Positions 42,050 to 53,294 of a stretch of DNA of 64,000 bases are shown piece after piece. The DNA is taken from contig CAKNJS010000003.1 of the NCBI GenBank assembly GCA_930986645.1, positions 52,635-116,634 of the forward strand, read 5' to 3'. Position numbers and translations under genes: made by a program. Position 1 is the first letter of the stretch; every line of letters begins with the position of its first letter. Below the pieces are notes generated by a model. That model was not told the DNA's origin. It was given only the letters and a program-made list of their open reading frames with translations, and did no database searches. This DNA is from an uncultured Lachnoclostridium sp. GTDB lineage: Bacteria; Bacillota; Clostridia; Lachnospirales; Lachnospiraceae.

Positions 42050-43141
42050 TTATTCTGATATTACATAATAATTCTTCGATATTTCCCGGACATATCCCCT
42101 TAATTCCAGAGATACAAGCAGAGCAAGCACTTCTTTGATTTCCAGTTTTGTTTCACTCACAAGCTGATCCGGGTTCTTCGGATACAAACCGAGACAACTA
42201 TACACCAATTTTTCTGCACTTTCAAGTTTTTTTTCATTTTTGACTTTCTTTTTGCCGTCTCCTTCCTCTGCCGCTTTTTCCAGTCCCCATTCTTCCAGAA
42301 ATGCCTCCGGCGACAGAAGAACCCCGGCTCCCTGCCGGATCAGGCGGTTGCATCCGTCGCTCAGCATACTGTTGACCGGACCTGGCAGGGCATAGACATC
42401 ACGCCCCTGTTCAAGAGCCAGATCAACTGTAATGAGCGAACCGCTCTTCTGGCCTGCTTCCATAACAAGAATCGCATCCGACAGCCCGCTTATAATCCTG
42501 TTACGTGCCGGAAAATTCTTTGCCAGAGGCGCTGTTCCCGGAGGCTGTTCTGAAATGATACCTCCGCCCTGTTCCAAAATATCTACATATAGACCGATAT
42601 GTTCTCTGGGATAACATACATCTGCTCCGGATCCAAGCACGGCGTATGTCCTGCCGCCCGCAAGCAGGGCTCCGCGATGGCCCATGCCATCGATTCCTCT
42701 TGCCATGCCGCTGATAATCTCTGCTCCTCTTCCTGCCAGAGCTTTTGCAAAATCAACGGCATACTTTTCACCATAAGGCGTACAGCGTCTGGCCCCGATA
42801 ATTGCTGCTTTTTTTGTTTCTTTCCGGGGCACGCTGCCTTTCACATAAAGCGCATAGGGATAATCCGCTGTCTCTCTGAGCCTTTCAGGGTATTCAGTGT
42901 CATAGTAAGGGATAAAACGTATCCCTTTTTCCTGCATTTTTTCGTATTCTTCATGAAATGAAATATTTTTCTGCGCCTGCATAATCTTATTTCTGTCGTT
43001 TTCATTCAAGAACTTATATTTCTGCAGCTGTGTTTCTTCTATATAATAAATCGCTTCTGCCGTTTTCATTCGTTCTCTGAGCATAATCTTTTTCTCCGGC
43101 CGGATTCCCTGTATGCCAGCCATCCAGAATTCATATTTCAT
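42050..43141 (-). CDS. dprA: DNA-processing protein DprA
   Basis: AIIGAR, SGMARGID, FPARNRIISGLS, SGSLIT, LIRQGA. Confidence 0.93.
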   Translation of the reverse strand: MKYEFWMAGIQGIRPEKKIMLRERMKTAEAIYYIEETQLQKYKFLNENDRNKIMQAQKNISFHEEYEKMQEKGIRFIPYYDTEYPERLRETADYPYALYVKGSVPRKETKKAAIIGARRCTPYGEKYAVDFAKALAGRGAEIISGMARGIDGMGHRGALLAGGRTYAVLGSGADVCYPREHIGLYVDILEQGGGIISEQPPGTAPLAKNFPARNRIISGLSDAILVMEAGQKSGSLITVDLALEQGRDVYALPGPVNSMLSDGCNRLIRQGAGVLLSPEAFLEEWGLEKAAEEGDGKKKVKNEKKLESAEKLVYSCLGLYPKNPDQLVSETKLEIKEVLALLVSLELRGYVREISKNYYVISE

Positions 43142-44691
43142 CCCAATCTCCTCCAGTACTTTCTGTCTATCATACGGTATCCGAGTGCTTCATGCAGATG
43201 TTTTTCCTTAATCTGCTCTTCTCCGTCCAAATCAGCAATTGTACGCGCTGTCTTTATAATTCTGTGGTAACCGCGTACAGATAGTTCCATCTTGGTAAAA
43301 GCATGTTTCATCAGCCGGCTCTCAGCCTCCCCCAGCCGGCAGTACCGCTTTATTTCCTCATGACCCAAAGCGGAATTTGTTGTAATATCCGTATCTTTGT
43401 AGCGCTCTTTTTGTATATTTCTGGCCGCACATACCCGTTTTCTTATCTCTTCCGACCGCTCCGATCTCCCTGTTTCCGTCAAATCTTCATACCTTATCCT
43501 CGATGCTTCTACGCACAGATCGATCCGATCCAGAAAAGGCTGACTGATCCTGCTCAAATACATCTGGATCTGTGCCGGTGTACAGGTACATTTTGCCGTA
43601 TCAGGATAGCATCCGCAGGGGCATGGATTCATCGCTGCCACAAGCATAAAATCTGCGGGAAATGCATAATTACCATACGTTCGGGATATGTGTATGCTTC
43701 GTTCTTCCAGAGGCTGCCGCAATACTTCCAACACACTTTTTCTAAATTCAGGAAGTTCATCAAGGAACAGCACGCCTTTGTGTGCAAGACTTATTTCTCC
43801 GGGTCTCGGTATTACACCTCCGCCGATCAGAGCAGCTCTCGTCGCAGTATGATGCACTTCACGAAAAGGTCTTGTCTGTATAAGCGGCGCCTCATCTTTT
43901 AACATTCCCATCACACTGTATATCTTAGTAATCTCTATACTCTCCTTCATATCCAGCGGCGGGAGAATACCGGCAATACACTTTGCACACATTGACTTTC
44001 CACTCCCCGGCGGTCCGATCATAAGCAGATTATGACCTCCTGATACCGCAATCTCAGCTGCTCTCTTTACATTTTCCTGGCCTCTGAGATCTGAAAAATC
44101 CGGTGTATTTCCATCTGTTTCTGCCATAATCCCGCCCTCTTTCAAAATTCTTTCCGGGTTCGAGCAGATGGCCTGAGTTCCATTTTTCAAATACTCAACC
44201 GCGCCTTGCAGGCTCTCCACGCCGACAATCTTCATCCCCTTGACCAGTGCGCCTTCTGCCGCATTTTCTCTGGGGATAACGCAGCATCTAACCTCATGTT
44301 CCACCGCCTCCATTACCACCGGCAGGATTCCGGGAACCTTCCTCACTTGTCCGTTCAGGCTCAGCTCCCCGATAATCAGACATTTTTCCATTCTTGCGGC
44401 CGGGATCTGTCCAAGCGATGCCAGAATTGATACCGCAATAGGAAGATCAAAAGACGCCCCTCTCTTTCTGAGCGTTGCCGGTGACAGATTAATGACGGTA
44501 CGTTTTGCCGGATATTCAAAACCGGAATTTTTAATTGCTGTGCGCACCCTCTCTCCAGCCTCTTTTACCTCCGACGACAGATACCCCACCATATGAAACA
44601 CGGGAAGTCCGTTTGACACATCAGCCTCCACTCTGACAAACTCCGCTCTAATTCCTTCGATTGCAGCGGACAAAACTGTACTGAAACTCAT
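43138..44691 (-). CDS. comM: ComM/YifB Mg-chelatase-like AAA+ ATPase
   Basis: NLSPA, FDLPIA, GPPGSGKS, PGEISLAHKGVLFLDE, AMNPCPCG, ARTIADL; start re-called at MSFST. Confidence 0.9.
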   Translation of the reverse strand: MSFSTVLSAAIEGIRAEFVRVEADVSNGLPVFHMVGYLSSEVKEAGERVRTAIKNSGFEYPAKRTVINLSPATLRKRGASFDLPIAVSILASLGQIPAARMEKCLIIGELSLNGQVRKVPGILPVVMEAVEHEVRCCVIPRENAAEGALVKGMKIVGVESLQGAVEYLKNGTQAICSNPERILKEGGIMAETDGNTPDFSDLRGQENVKRAAEIAVSGGHNLLMIGPPGSGKSMCAKCIAGILPPLDMKESIEITKIYSVMGMLKDEAPLIQTRPFREVHHTATRAALIGGGVIPRPGEISLAHKGVLFLDELPEFRKSVLEVLRQPLEERSIHISRTYGNYAFPADFMLVAAMNPCPCGCYPDTAKCTCTPAQIQMYLSRISQPFLDRIDLCVEASRIRYEDLTETGRSERSEEIRKRVCAARNIQKERYKDTDITTNSALGHEEIKRYCRLGEAESRLMKHAFTKMELSVRGYHRIIKTARTIADLDGEEQIKEKHLHEALGYRMIDRKYWRRLG

Positions 44692-44827
44692 CTGCGCTCC
44701 TTTCCCGGCGCGCTCCTCACAATACAATAAATTGATCAAAACCTGAAATTTCCGGTCGAATCGACCAGATGCCCTCCCTCAAGAGCAAGATTTCCGGGAG
44801 AAAGATTTTCCCCGAGAACGTACAATA

Positions 44828-44856
44828 ATGATAGCTTATGTTAAATCTGGTGTCAA
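44828..44856 (-). promoter_or_regulatory. Sigma-A promoter of comM-dprA-topA
   Basis: TTGACA-17bp-TATCAT on - strand. Confidence 0.6.
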
Positions 44857-44926
44857 GGCTTATTCTTTCAGCAGAATCATTTCTCTAACGCAGTGTCTGC
44901 ACACCGTCCATCTTTTAAGTGGAAAA

Positions 44927-44955
44927 GCACAATCCTTTTTATTTTTTCATAAACT
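44927..44955 (+). promoter_or_regulatory. SigK/SigE-type promoter of sigK
   Basis: GCAC-17bp-CATAAACT (consensus AC...CATAnnnT). Confidence 0.5.
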
Positions 44956-44982
44956 ATATCAAATGCGCTAAGAGGTGTCGTC

Positions 44983-45612
44983 TTGAAATCATTTCCCGCT
45001 CCGCTATCTCCCTCGGAAGAAAAATATTATGTTCAGAAATATACAGAAGGAGACCTCGAGGCAAAACATATCCTTATCGAACACAATCTGCGTCTTGTCG
45101 CTCATGTCATTAAAAAATATCAGAATCTGGAAGAAGACCCGGAAGATCTGATTTCCATCGGTACGATCGGACTGATCAAAGCAGTCGTCACATTTAACCC
45201 CGACAAAGGCAACAGGCTGGCTGCTTATGCATCCCGTTGTGTGGAAAATGAAATCCTGATGTATCTGCGCTCCAGAAAGAAAACCGGCAAGGAGATCTCA
45301 CTCTACGAACCCATCGGCACAGACCGGGAAGGCAATGAAATCCGTCTGTATGATATTATAGAAACTGAAGAGGACGATATTCCGGACAGAATTCATCTTA
45401 AAGAAAATATCCAGACACTTTATGAAAAAGTGGAAAACGAGCTGTCCTTCCGTGAAAAGCTCGTTTTAAAAATGCGGTATGGCCTTTATAATGGAGAAGA
45501 GTATACACAGCGGGAAATTGCCAGACAGATCGGAATTTCCCGTTCTTACGTCTCAAGGATAGAAAAAAGTGCGATTCAGAAACTCCGCGAACACTTCAAA
45601 GAGAAGGAATGA
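44983..45612 (+). CDS. sigK: Sporulation sigma factor SigK (no pro-sequence, TTG start, uninterrupted)
   Basis: FPAPLS, LIEHNLRLVAHV, DLISIGTIGLIKA, ENEILM, PIGTDREGNEI, TQREIA..GISRSYVSRIEK. Confidence 0.88.
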   Translation: MKSFPAPLSPSEEKYYVQKYTEGDLEAKHILIEHNLRLVAHVIKKYQNLEEDPEDLISIGTIGLIKAVVTFNPDKGNRLAAYASRCVENEILMYLRSRKKTGKEISLYEPIGTDREGNEIRLYDIIETEEDDIPDRIHLKENIQTLYEKVENELSFREKLVLKMRYGLYNGEEYTQREIARQIGISRSYVSRIEKSAIQKLREHFKEKE

Positions 45613-45727
45613 AAATTCCGATTTTCCAGACTGACAAAGTATCCGCCGGGAGGCAGGTATTGTTAACGCACAAATTTCATCCGGTTGCAGCGTAACGGTA
45701 CACAAGAACGCAAAAGACGGTATAAAA

Positions 45728-45762
45728 AAGCAGGCTGTCCGCTTTTTACGAACAGCCTGCTG
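45728..45762. terminator. Terminator between sigK and pckA
   Basis: aaaaaAGCAGGCTGT...ACAGCCTGCT. Confidence 0.7.
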
Positions 45763-45800
45763 CTATTTTATATGATTGATATTTTAGATACTTCTGTATC

Positions 45801-47405
45801 TTACTCCTGCGGACCTGCTGCAACAAGTGCTTTTCCAAGTTCGTTGCTCTCGTATTTCTTGAAGTTCTTGATGAATCTTGCAGCCAGATCTTTTGCTTTT
45901 GTCTCCCACTCGGAAGCATCAGCGTATGTGTCGCGAGGATCAAGGATAGCCGGATCAACTCCCGGAAGCTCTGTCGGAACTTCGAAGTTGAAGTACGGAA
46001 TCTTCTTAGTCGGTGCATCAAGGATTGCTCCGCTTAAGATTGCATCGATGATACCACGTGTATCTTTGATGGAGATACGTTTTCCTGTTCCGTTCCATCC
46101 TGTATTTACGAGGTAAGCTTTCGCTCCGCTCTCTTTCATTCTCTTAACAAGCTCTTCTGCATATTTTGTCGGATGCAGCTCAAGGAACGCCTGTCCGAAG
46201 CATGCGGAGAATGTCGGTGTCGGCTCTGTGATACCGCGCTCTGTACCGGCAAGCTTAGCTGTGAAACCAGACAGGAAGTAGTACTCTGTCTGCTCCGGTG
46301 TAAGTACGGATACCGGAGGAAGTACTCCAAACGCATCAGCTGACAGGAAGATTACATTCTTTGCTGCCGGAGCTGCAGATACCGGGCGAACGATCTTCTC
46401 AATGTGATCGATCGGATAGGATACACGTGTATTCTCTGTCACGCTCTTGTCTGTAAAGTCGATATGTCCTTCTGCATCAAGTGTAACGTTCTCAAGAAGA
46501 GCATTTCTCTTGATCGCATTGTAGATATCCGGCTCAGAATCTTTATCAAGGTCGATAACCTTAGCGTAGCATCCGCCCTCGAAGTTGAAGATACCGTTGT
46601 CATCCCAGCCGTGCTCGTCATCACCGATGAGAAGTCTCTTCGGATCTGTGGAAAGAGTTGTCTTACCTGTTCCGGAAAGGCCGAAGAAGATAGCTGTATT
46701 CTCGCCGTTCATGTCTGTGTTTGCAGAGCAGTGCATGGAAGCGATTCCCTTCAGCGGCAGATAGTAGTTCATCATAGAGAACATACCTTTCTTCATCTCT
46801 CCGCCGTACCATGTGTTAACGATAACCTGCTCACGGCTTGTGATATTGAACATAACTGCTGTCTCAGATCTGAGTCCCAGCTCTTTGTAGTTTTCTACTT
46901 TTGCTTTGGAAGCATTGTATACTACGAAATCAGGCTCGAAGTTCTCCAGCTCTTCTGCTGTCGGACGGATGAACATATTTGTTACAAAGTGAGCCTGCCA
47001 AGCAACCTCAACGATAAAACGGATTGCCATGCGTGTGTCTTTGTTAGCTCCGCAGAATGCATCTACAACGAAAAGTCTCTTGTTGGAGAGCTCATTCTTT
47101 GCAATATCTTTTACTGCGTTCCAAGCTTCCTGAGATGCCGGATGGTTGTCGTTCGGATACTCATCAGATGTCCACCATACAGTGTCTTTGGAGTTCTCAT
47201 CCATAACGATATATTTGTCTTTCGGTGAACGGCCTGTGTAGATACCTGTCATAACGTTTACTGCACCGAGTTCACTCTCCTGACCTTTGTCAAAACCTTC
47301 CAGATTCGGGTTTGTCTCTTCCTCAAACAACATCTCATAGGAAGGATTGTGAACGATTTCCGTAGTTCCTGTAATGCCATACTGAGTTAAATCAATATTT
47401 GCCAT
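45801..47405 (-). CDS. pckA: Phosphoenolpyruvate carboxykinase (ATP)
   Basis: [49 protein letters not shown]. Confidence 0.96.
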   Translation of the reverse strand: MANIDLTQYGITGTTEIVHNPSYEMLFEEETNPNLEGFDKGQESELGAVNVMTGIYTGRSPKDKYIVMDENSKDTVWWTSDEYPNDNHPASQEAWNAVKDIAKNELSNKRLFVVDAFCGANKDTRMAIRFIVEVAWQAHFVTNMFIRPTAEELENFEPDFVVYNASKAKVENYKELGLRSETAVMFNITSREQVIVNTWYGGEMKKGMFSMMNYYLPLKGIASMHCSANTDMNGENTAIFFGLSGTGKTTLSTDPKRLLIGDDEHGWDDNGIFNFEGGCYAKVIDLDKDSEPDIYNAIKRNALLENVTLDAEGHIDFTDKSVTENTRVSYPIDHIEKIVRPVSAAPAAKNVIFLSADAFGVLPPVSVLTPEQTEYYFLSGFTAKLAGTERGITEPTPTFSACFGQAFLELHPTKYAEELVKRMKESGAKAYLVNTGWNGTGKRISIKDTRGIIDAILSGAILDAPTKKIPYFNFEVPTELPGVDPAILDPRDTYADASEWETKAKDLAARFIKNFKKYESNELGKALVAAGPQE

Positions 47406-47601
47406 ACCTCTTCTACCTCTCTCTTTCTAAAATCTTTATGGGAATTCTTGTCATAACCCCCAGTACGTTCCCATTATACAGAATTACGATTGAAAAATCA
47501 ATAACAATCTTATTAAATTTCGACTTTTTTATGAAAGTTTTTGTAAAATCCAATTCATTTATCTCTGTCTGCATCGGGAAAGCGGCGATTTTTTCGTTCA
47601 A

Positions 47602-47635
47602 AAAATGCAGGATTCGTTATGGAATCCTGCATTTT
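47602..47635 (-). terminator. Terminator downstream of cdd
   Basis: AAAATGCAGGATTC-gttatg-GAATCCTGCATTTT. Confidence 0.7.
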
Positions 47636-47706
47636 AAGTTTGATAAATATTATTTTAACAAAGTCATTCCACTGTATGCCGTACCCTGAATTTCTCCTGC
47701 AGCTTT

Positions 47707-48093
47707 TCAGAACATCTCCGGAAGGAGTTCACGCAGTGTATAAACCTTATATTCCTCTTCCGTTCTGGCACAAACAATCTCAAAAGTGTCAGGATTGCAG
47801 AACTCCGCCATAACCTGACGGCATACACCGCACGGATAGCACCAGTCAAGTTTCTCTCCGCCGCCAGCAATAGCAATTGCAGAGAATTCACGCTTACCTT
47901 CTGATACAGCTTTGAAGAAAGCAGTTCTCTCCGCGCAGTTTGTAGGACCATAAGCACGGTTTTCTATATTGCACCCTGTCCATACAGAACCGTCTTTGCA
48001 CAGCAGCGCCGCTCCCACGCGAAAATGTGAATACGGGCTGTACGAATATTCTCTGGCGGACAGAGCTTCTTTGATCAGATCCGTGTAATTCAT
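47707..48093 (-). CDS. cdd: Cytidine deaminase
   Basis: YSPYSHFRVGAAL, GCNIEN, CAERTA, PCGVCRQ. Confidence 0.93.
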   Translation of the reverse strand: MNYTDLIKEALSAREYSYSPYSHFRVGAALLCKDGSVWTGCNIENRAYGPTNCAERTAFFKAVSEGKREFSAIAIAGGGEKLDWCYPCGVCRQVMAEFCNPDTFEIVCARTEEEYKVYTLRELLPEMF

Positions 48094-48123
48094 ATCAGGT
48101 CACTCCCTCGTCATATCGGACAT

Positions 48124-48477
48124 TTAAAAATATTCTTTCTTAATTTTAGTTGTATATACGGCAAATGCAACCAGTACTACAAAAAAAACTATCATTCCCG
48201 CCGTATCCACAACACCCATCGGATAGACATAACAGTGAACAACATCTATTACGCCATAAACAAGGGCAACAATTCCGAATACAAGAAGTGCCGGCCCGGC
48301 CTTCTTAACATAAGCTTCTTTGTTCTTGCATTTCTTATAAGTATATTCTTTACCGAGAAGAAGTGAAGCATTTATCTCACCTGTTGTTTTCATCTTTATA
48401 AAGGCATAGATTGCATACAAACCGCAGGCAAGTACGATAATCCCTATAATGCCCCAAACACTGTCCATATTATCCAT
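48124..48477 (-). CDS. Small membrane protein (3 TM)
   Basis: Three hydrophobic segments; AAGGAG RBS. Confidence 0.7.
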   Translation of the reverse strand: MDNMDSVWGIIGIIVLACGLYAIYAFIKMKTTGEINASLLLGKEYTYKKCKNKEAYVKKAGPALLVFGIVALVYGVIDVVHCYVYPMGVVDTAGMIVFFVVLVAFAVYTTKIKKEYF

Positions 48478-48490
48478 TCTGTCTTACTCC

Positions 48491-49978
48491 TTAAACTCCG
48501 AGAATTTCTTTTACTGTAAGTTTCATATCTTCAGCATCACACTCACGCGTATGACGGATTTCCGCGTTCCTTATCTCTTTGATTGCATTCGGCACTTCAG
48601 TTCCGGAGATCCGGCTCAATTCGTCCACAAGCTCGAATTCATCTGCATCTGCATATTTGTCGTCGATCGCCGTCATTACGCTGTGAATGAACTTGTACGG
48701 GCTCGCCGTGGATGCCACAAGGCACTTTTTGTGATCCCCGCTGTTTTTTCTGTATTGAGCACATACATACGCCGCCACAGCCGTATGAGTATCCATGACA
48801 TAGCCGGTCTTCTCATATGTAGTCCGGATCGTCTCTTTCGTCTCTTCCTCTGTGGCAAATCCGCCTTCAAAATCTGACAGGCGTTCTTTCATCTCCGGAG
48901 TGATCTCATAGGAGCCTTTCTCCTTGAGCTGTGCCATCAGCTCGGAATTCTTCTCTGCATCCTGACCTGCGACCGTATAGATCAACCGTTCCAGATTGCT
49001 GGAAATCAGAATATCCATAGACGGCGAAGACGTGAGGATAAACTCACGGTTCTTATCATATACGCCTGTCCGGAAGAAGTCATAAAGGACTTTATTTTCA
49101 TTAGATGCACAGATCAGTTTTGCGATCGGGACTCCCATCTGCTTCGCATAATATGCCGCTAAGATATTACCGAAGTTTCCGGTGGGAACTGTCACATTGA
49201 TCTCCTCGCCGGATGTGATCTCTTCATTCTCCAGAAGTTTTGCATATGCATATACATAATAAACTACCTGAGGAACAAGACGTCCGATATTGATGGAATT
49301 TGCCGAGGAGAACTGATATCCTGCGTCTGAAAGTTCCTTTTCCAGTTCCTTATCTTCAAAGAGGGCTTTGACGCCGCTCTGCGCGTTATCAAAATTCCCG
49401 TGTATTGCCACTACAGATGTATTTTCACCTTTCTGTGTCACCATCTGCAGTTCCTGTACGCGGCTCACACCGCCCTTCGGATAAAATACGATGATCTTTG
49501 TCCCCGGAACATCTGCAAAGCCTGCAAGAGCCGCTTTCCCGGTATCCCCCGACGTAGCTGTGAGAATCACGATATCCTTAGTCACATGATTCTTCTTGGC
49601 CGCTGTTGTCAGCAGATGCGGCAGGATTGAGAGTGCCATATCCTTGAATGCGATCGTAGCGCCATGGAAGAGTTCCAGATGATACGTGTCTTCTACTTTG
49701 ACGAGAGGCGCGATCACCTCCGTATCAAATTTGGAATCATACGCACTGTTGATACAGTGTTTCAATTCCTCTTCTGTAAAGTCTGTAAGAAACTGTTTCA
49801 TAACAGCGAAGGCAGTCTCCTGATACGTCATACCTTTAAGCTCATCCATTGTCACGTCAAGTTTCGGAATGTACTCCGGTACGAACAGTCCGCCGTCATC
49901 AGCAAGTCCTTTTAAGATTGCCTCGGAGGCAGTTACTGTTTTTTCAGAGTTTCTCGTGCTCTTATATAATAGATTCAT
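48491..49978 (-). CDS. thrC: Threonine synthase
   Basis: YKSTR, GLADDGGLFVP, ELFHG...FKD, ATSGDTG, NSINIGR, PTGNFG. Confidence 0.94.
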   Translation of the reverse strand: MNLLYKSTRNSEKTVTASEAILKGLADDGGLFVPEYIPKLDVTMDELKGMTYQETAFAVMKQFLTDFTEEELKHCINSAYDSKFDTEVIAPLVKVEDTYHLELFHGATIAFKDMALSILPHLLTTAAKKNHVTKDIVILTATSGDTGKAALAGFADVPGTKIIVFYPKGGVSRVQELQMVTQKGENTSVVAIHGNFDNAQSGVKALFEDKELEKELSDAGYQFSSANSINIGRLVPQVVYYVYAYAKLLENEEITSGEEINVTVPTGNFGNILAAYYAKQMGVPIAKLICASNENKVLYDFFRTGVYDKNREFILTSSPSMDILISSNLERLIYTVAGQDAEKNSELMAQLKEKGSYEITPEMKERLSDFEGGFATEEETKETIRTTYEKTGYVMDTHTAVAAYVCAQYRKNSGDHKKCLVASTASPYKFIHSVMTAIDDKYADADEFELVDELSRISGTEVPNAIKEIRNAEIRHTRECDAEDMKLTVKEILGV

Positions 49979-50058
49979 TCTTATACCCTCTTTTTCTTTT
50001 CTCCGTGTTACTGCACTGAATTATAGCACAGGTTCCGCCGCCATGTCCATAGCACGCG

Positions 50059-51330
50059 TTACCGTTTTGATATCGCGATCGCTGTAATGCCGCACACCGC
50101 CATCAGCACCGGATAAACAAGATACGGAATCATATCAAACGGCGTCAGACCTGTCAATGTCGCTGCCGAGAGGAGCTGGGCCCCGTACGGGATCAGCCCC
50201 TGCCCCACCGATGTAAACATATCCAGAAGCGATGCCGATCTCTTGGGATCGACACCAAATTCATCACTGATCTCCTTTGCTATCGGACCTGACATTACGA
50301 TCGCCACCGTATTATTGGCCGTACACAGATCCACAAGAAGCGCCAGAGCTGCTATACCGGCCTGTGCGCCTTTCTTTCCTCGTATCCTGCTCTTGATCAG
50401 ATTCAAGATAAAATGGATGCCTCCGTTTGCCCGGACAAGTGATACGATACATGCCACGATAATAGAGATGACCGTAATATCGTACATCGAAACAACGCCG
50501 TCGCCCACCACGGTAAACATTTCCGACAGGGCGATCGTACCCGTACTCACGCCGGCAATAAGGGAAAGCACGGTTCCTGCGATCAGCACAAGAAATACAT
50601 TGATTCCGATCAACGCGCCGGCTAAAACAACCAGATACGGAATAACCTGAAACAAGTTGTATTCAGCGCTCGCAATATCATAACTCATATCTCTTGTGAT
50701 AAACCAGAAGAAGACTGCCGTGATGACTGCCGCCGGCAGCACGATCAGGAAATTCGCTTTAAACTTATCTTTCATCTCGCACCCCTGTGTCTTGACCGCC
50801 GCGATCGTCGTATCTGATATCATAGAAAGATTATCCCCGAACATTGCGCCGCAGACTACAGCTGCAATACAGACCGCCATGGGGAATCCCGCCTCTTCGC
50901 TGATCCCTGCGGCGATCGGAGCCAGTGCGGCGATCGTTCCCATGGAAGTTCCCATGGAAACTGAGATAAAGCAGCTGATGATAAAAAGACCTGATACGAT
51001 AAAATGAGCCGGTATCAGTGACAGACCGAGATTTACCGTACTATCCACACCGCCGGCCGCACTCACGGCTCCGGAGAAAGCGCCCGCGCAGAGAAAGATC
51101 AGACTCATGGTGATGATATTTTCCTCACCCACTCCTTTTGCTATAATTCTTATTTTCTCATCAAAGCTTACTTTTCTGTTCTGCAGGAACGCTGCAAACA
51201 GCGCAATAAGAAATGCAACAATTGCAGGCATAGCATAGAAATCCTGAAATACGATCCCCGCTCCGAGAAAAATAATAAGGAATACGCCGATCGGAATCAG
51301 AGCCGATGCCTTTCCTGTCCTGTTTTCCAT
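50059..51330 (-). CDS. NhaC family antiporter (MetT-like)
   Basis: SMGTSMGT, GAMFGDNLSMISDTTIAA..TQG, ANNTVAI. Confidence 0.85.
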   Translation of the reverse strand: MENRTGKASALIPIGVFLIIFLGAGIVFQDFYAMPAIVAFLIALFAAFLQNRKVSFDEKIRIIAKGVGEENIITMSLIFLCAGAFSGAVSAAGGVDSTVNLGLSLIPAHFIVSGLFIISCFISVSMGTSMGTIAALAPIAAGISEEAGFPMAVCIAAVVCGAMFGDNLSMISDTTIAAVKTQGCEMKDKFKANFLIVLPAAVITAVFFWFITRDMSYDIASAEYNLFQVIPYLVVLAGALIGINVFLVLIAGTVLSLIAGVSTGTIALSEMFTVVGDGVVSMYDITVISIIVACIVSLVRANGGIHFILNLIKSRIRGKKGAQAGIAALALLVDLCTANNTVAIVMSGPIAKEISDEFGVDPKRSASLLDMFTSVGQGLIPYGAQLLSAATLTGLTPFDMIPYLVYPVLMAVCGITAIAISKR

Positions 51331-51422
51331 AACTTTTTCCTTTCACAGTTATTATGCCACAAAAGGGGTGCGGCACAGGCAAAAAATCTTTCTGTCTTAT
51401 ACAGCATCCCTTTTCACTGGTT

Positions 51423-51917
51423 TTATTTATTCTTTTTATTGTTCGTATAATTGACAAGTCCGCCTGCCGCGATCAGTTTCTGCATGAACTCCGGGAACGC
51501 CTGTCCCTGAAATTCCGTGCCTTTGGTCAGGTTATAGATCTTGCCGCTGTCAAAATCCACTTCCACTTCGTCCCCTGCGTCAATGCCTTTCGCCGCCTCC
51601 GGGCATTCAATGATCGGAAGGCCGATATTGATGGCATTACGATAGAAGATACGTGCAAAAGTCTCTGCGATGATGCAGCTCACTCCTGCCGTCTTTAAGC
51701 ACAGAGGCGCATGCTCTCTTGAAGAACCGCAGCCGAAGTTCTTATTGGCAACGATCAAATCGCCCGGCTGTACTTTCTTCACAAAATCCGGATCGATATC
51801 TGCCATCGCGTGGCTCGCCAGTTCCTGCGCGTCAAAGGAATTCAGATATCTTGCCGGGATAATCACATCTGTGTCCACATTGTCGCCGTATTTAAAAACA
51901 TGTCCTTTTGCTCTCAT
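51423..51917 (-). CDS. leuD: 3-isopropylmalate dehydratase small subunit
   Basis: [34 protein letters not shown]. Confidence 0.9.
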   Translation of the reverse strand: MRAKGHVFKYGDNVDTDVIIPARYLNSFDAQELASHAMADIDPDFVKKVQPGDLIVANKNFGCGSSREHAPLCLKTAGVSCIIAETFARIFYRNAINIGLPIIECPEAAKGIDAGDEVEVDFDSGKIYNLTKGTEFQGQAFPEFMQKLIAAGGLVNYTNNKKNK

Positions 51918-53191
51918 TCCATGTCACCCACTTTCTCAGGATTTGCGATACAGCCTGCAATCGCGCTGGCTGCCGCCACTTCAGGAGACGCCAGATAGAT
52001 CAGGGAATCTACATGTCCCATACGTCCGACAAAGTTGCGGTTCGTCGTGGAAACACATTTTTCTCCTGCCGCCATAACTCCCATATGACCGCCCATACAC
52101 GGTCCGCAGCTCGGTGTATTCACCGCACAGCCCGCATCCACAAAGATTTCCAGAAGTCCCTCTTCAATACACTGTTTATAGATCTTCTGTGTGGCCGGGA
52201 TAACCATGACACGTACATCCGGATGCACTGTATGCCCTTTCAGGATCGCCGCTGCTTTTCTCATATCCTCCATACGCCCGTTTGTACAGGATCCGATCAC
52301 AACCTGATCGATCTTGATCGGCTCCATTGCCTCGATTTCATCGATAGTCTTCGCATTTCCCGGAAGATGCGGGAACGCCACTGTCGGACGGACCTCAGAC
52401 AGATCTATTGTAATCACTTCATCATACTGGGCGTCCTCATCCGCCTCGTAGATCGTGTACGGTTTCTTTGAATGTTCTTTGATATATGCAAGAGCCTGAT
52501 CATCCACCGGGAAGATTCCGTTCTTTGCTCCTGCCTCGATCGCCATATTCGCCATTGTAAAGCGGTCGTCCATGGACAGGTTTGTGATGCCGTCTCCAGT
52601 GAACTCCATGGATTTGTAAAGAGCACCATCCACACCGATCATTCCTATAATATGGATGATAATGTCCTTGCCGCTGACATATCTGCCCGGCTTTCCTGTC
52701 AGGACGAACTTGATAGCGCTTGGCACTTTAAACCAGATTTCTCCGGTGGCCATGCCTGTCGCCACATCTGTTGTTCCCATTCCTGTGGAAAATGTTCCGA
52801 GAGCGCCGTATGTACAGGTGTGTGAATCAGCGCCGATGATACACTCACCCGCTGTCACAACTCCCGCCTCAGGAAGGATCGCATGCTCCACGCCGGATTT
52901 GCCCTGCTCAAAATACCATGTCAGTCCCTGCTCTTTTGCGTATTCGCGGATCGCCTTGGAGTTCTCCGCTGATTTGATATCTTTGTTCGGTGTAAAATGA
53001 TCCGGAACAAATACTACTTTATCTTTGTCAAACACGTGATCTGACATCTGCTTGATGATCGGCAGAGCCATCGGGCCTGTGATATCATTTGCCATGACCA
53101 CGTCAAGCTTTGCTTCGATCAGCTGGCCTGCTTCTACAGAGTCAAGCCCCGCATGAGCCGCCAGAATCTTCTGCGTCATTGTCATTCCCAT
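51914..53191 (-). CDS. leuC: 3-isopropylmalate dehydratase large subunit
   Basis: [30 protein letters not shown]; start re-called at MGMTM. Confidence 0.9.
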   Translation of the reverse strand: MGMTMTQKILAAHAGLDSVEAGQLIEAKLDVVMANDITGPMALPIIKQMSDHVFDKDKVVFVPDHFTPNKDIKSAENSKAIREYAKEQGLTWYFEQGKSGVEHAILPEAGVVTAGECIIGADSHTCTYGALGTFSTGMGTTDVATGMATGEIWFKVPSAIKFVLTGKPGRYVSGKDIIIHIIGMIGVDGALYKSMEFTGDGITNLSMDDRFTMANMAIEAGAKNGIFPVDDQALAYIKEHSKKPYTIYEADEDAQYDEVITIDLSEVRPTVAFPHLPGNAKTIDEIEAMEPIKIDQVVIGSCTNGRMEDMRKAAAILKGHTVHPDVRVMVIPATQKIYKQCIEEGLLEIFVDAGCAVNTPSCGPCMGGHMGVMAAGEKCVSTTNRNFVGRMGHVDSLIYLASPEVAAASAIAGCIANPEKVGDME

Positions 53192-53294
53192 AATGACAGC
53201 CTCCTCTTTCTTTAAACGTCTATTTTGACATTTTACCACAGGAAAGCGAGAAAAAAAAGAGGAAGAAATTAATGACCTTCCTCTTTATATCGTA

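Noticed and set aside
39038-44691. comM-dprA-topA-codY as a novel competence system
   Set aside because: This gene order is a common conserved arrangement in Clostridia
51331-51422. SAM riboswitch or T-box before the MetT-like NhaC gene
   Set aside because: Only ~90 bp, mostly the leuD terminator; no S-box or T-box motifs
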